Shown here: piece after piece, positions 63,220 to 64,000 of the stretch
Layout of the letters: every line of letters begins with the position of its first letter
Numbering within the stretch: the first letter of the stretch is position 1
Source: Candidatus Nanopelagicaceae bacterium
Lineage (GTDB): Bacteria; Actinomycetota; Actinomycetes; Nanopelagicales; Nanopelagicaceae
DNA: 64,000 nt
Direction: 5' to 3'
Assembly: GCA_018882735.1 (NCBI GenBank)
Contig: VERH01000002.1
Span: 1,608-65,607 of the forward strand
The notes under the pieces: model-generated
Told to the model about the DNA's origin: nothing
The model's input: only the letters and a program-made list of their open reading frames with translations
Database searches by the model: none
Made by a program: the position numbers and the translations under genes

Positions 63220-63329
63220 ACTCGGATGCTACTCGCGGGTAACAAAAGCATCCACTCTTAACCCGCTGTTACTCAACACGTAACCTAAATCTCAGGTTGA
63301 GGGTTTTCCTGGGCGAGAACCTTTTACTC

Positions 63330-64000
63330 ATGAAAGTCGCCATAGTGACCGAGTCATTCCTGCCAACCGTAAATGGTGTCACAAATTCAGTCCTTCGAAT
63401 TTTGGAGTTTTTTGACTCATATGGCCATGAAGCAATAGTTGTTGCTCCAGAAGCAAGATCGGCGCCGGGAGATTTTCTTGGATTCAAAATCAAGCGCGTT
63501 CCTAGTATCTCATTGAGGCGCCTCCTTCCTATAGCAATTCCAAAGCGGACTCTCAGGCACTTCATTGAAGGCTTTAATCCGGATGTAATCCACCTCGCCT
63601 CCCCTGCAATTTTGGGAAGTTATGTGAACCATGTTTCCAAAGAATTAGAGATACCAACACTGTCGGTTTATCAAACTGATGTGGCTGGCTTCGCGAAACA
63701 CTATGGAGTAAATTTCGGAAATCAATCAATTCAAAAGGCATTTGCTCGAATTCACAACAAAACTTCACGAACTCTAGCTCCATCCAGTGCGGCTGCGTCG
63801 GACTTGATTCGATTTGGAACTAAGAACGTTCATATTTGGCCTCGTGGCGTTGATCTTCATAGATTTTCTCCGATCCACAGAAGTGAATCGCTCCGCTTGA
63901 GTTGGGGCGCAAGACAAAGAAAAATTGTTGGTTATATGGGTCGAATTTCTCGTGAAAAGAACCTAGAGAAATTAGTACCTGTAGATCAAAATCCAGATTT
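63330..64000 (+). CDS. glycosyltransferase family 4 (GT-B) protein, N-terminal ~223 codons (runs off the window end)
   Basis: My own translation from the ATG at 63330 is MKVAIVTESFLPTVNGVTNSVLRILEFFDSYGHEAIVVAP...GYMGRISREKNLE. This is a typical GT4 N-terminal domain. The frame stays open to 64000. Confidence 0.85.
   Translation, partial: MKVAIVTESFLPTVNGVTNSVLRILEFFDSYGHEAIVVAPEARSAPGDFLGFKIKRVPSISLRRLLPIAIPKRTLRHFIEGFNPDVIHLASPAILGSYVNHVSKELEIPTLSVYQTDVAGFAKHYGVNFGNQSIQKAFARIHNKTSRTLAPSSAAASDLIRFGTKNVHIWPRGVDLHRFSPIHRSESLRLSWGARQRKIVGYMGRISREKNLEKLVPVDQNPD

Overview
This 64-kb window is a gene-dense chromosomal block with about 70 CDS and 3 tRNA genes. Almost all genes are on the minus strand, spacers are very short, and many stop/start codons overlap. 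Gene order and family content point to an Actinomycetota chromosome with fairly low GC and a streamlined layout. The supporting blocks are dxs-acn, trkA pair-DUF3159-dut-DUF3093-DUF4193, rpsP-KH-rimM-trmD, ffh-glnK-amtB-ftsY-smc-mutM-rnc-rpmF-DUF177, coaD-rsmD-recG, thiL, ddl-gpsA-plsC-hupB-leuDC-IclR-tRNA-gltX, corC-ybeY-phoH, rsmE-dnaJ-hrcA, hemW-lepA, rpsT, holA-comEC-comEA, leuS, rsfS-nadD, and ligA-mnmA-iscS-etfAB. By eye I found no rRNA, CRISPR array, transposase, integrase, phage gene, or recognisable defence or toxin-antitoxin gene. The only clearly non-core segment is about 26.2-29.3 kb. It is a visibly AT-richer, opposite-strand three-gene membrane operon (unknown 7-TM protein, small-multidrug-export-like protein, DUF418) plus a convergent GNAT, preceded by a sigma70-like promoter overlapped by a 26-bp palindrome. 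I see no convincing evidence for a new multi-gene system. The items most worth a second look are that membrane operon and its operator, an RNase III gene whose conserved N-terminus has no canonical start codon, a motif-dense hupB upstream region, a GlnR-type box before an amtB-glnK operon that lacks glnD, and an unlisted 52-codon membrane ORF between ligA and nadD. All functional calls come from reading the translations and recalling families; no database search was run.
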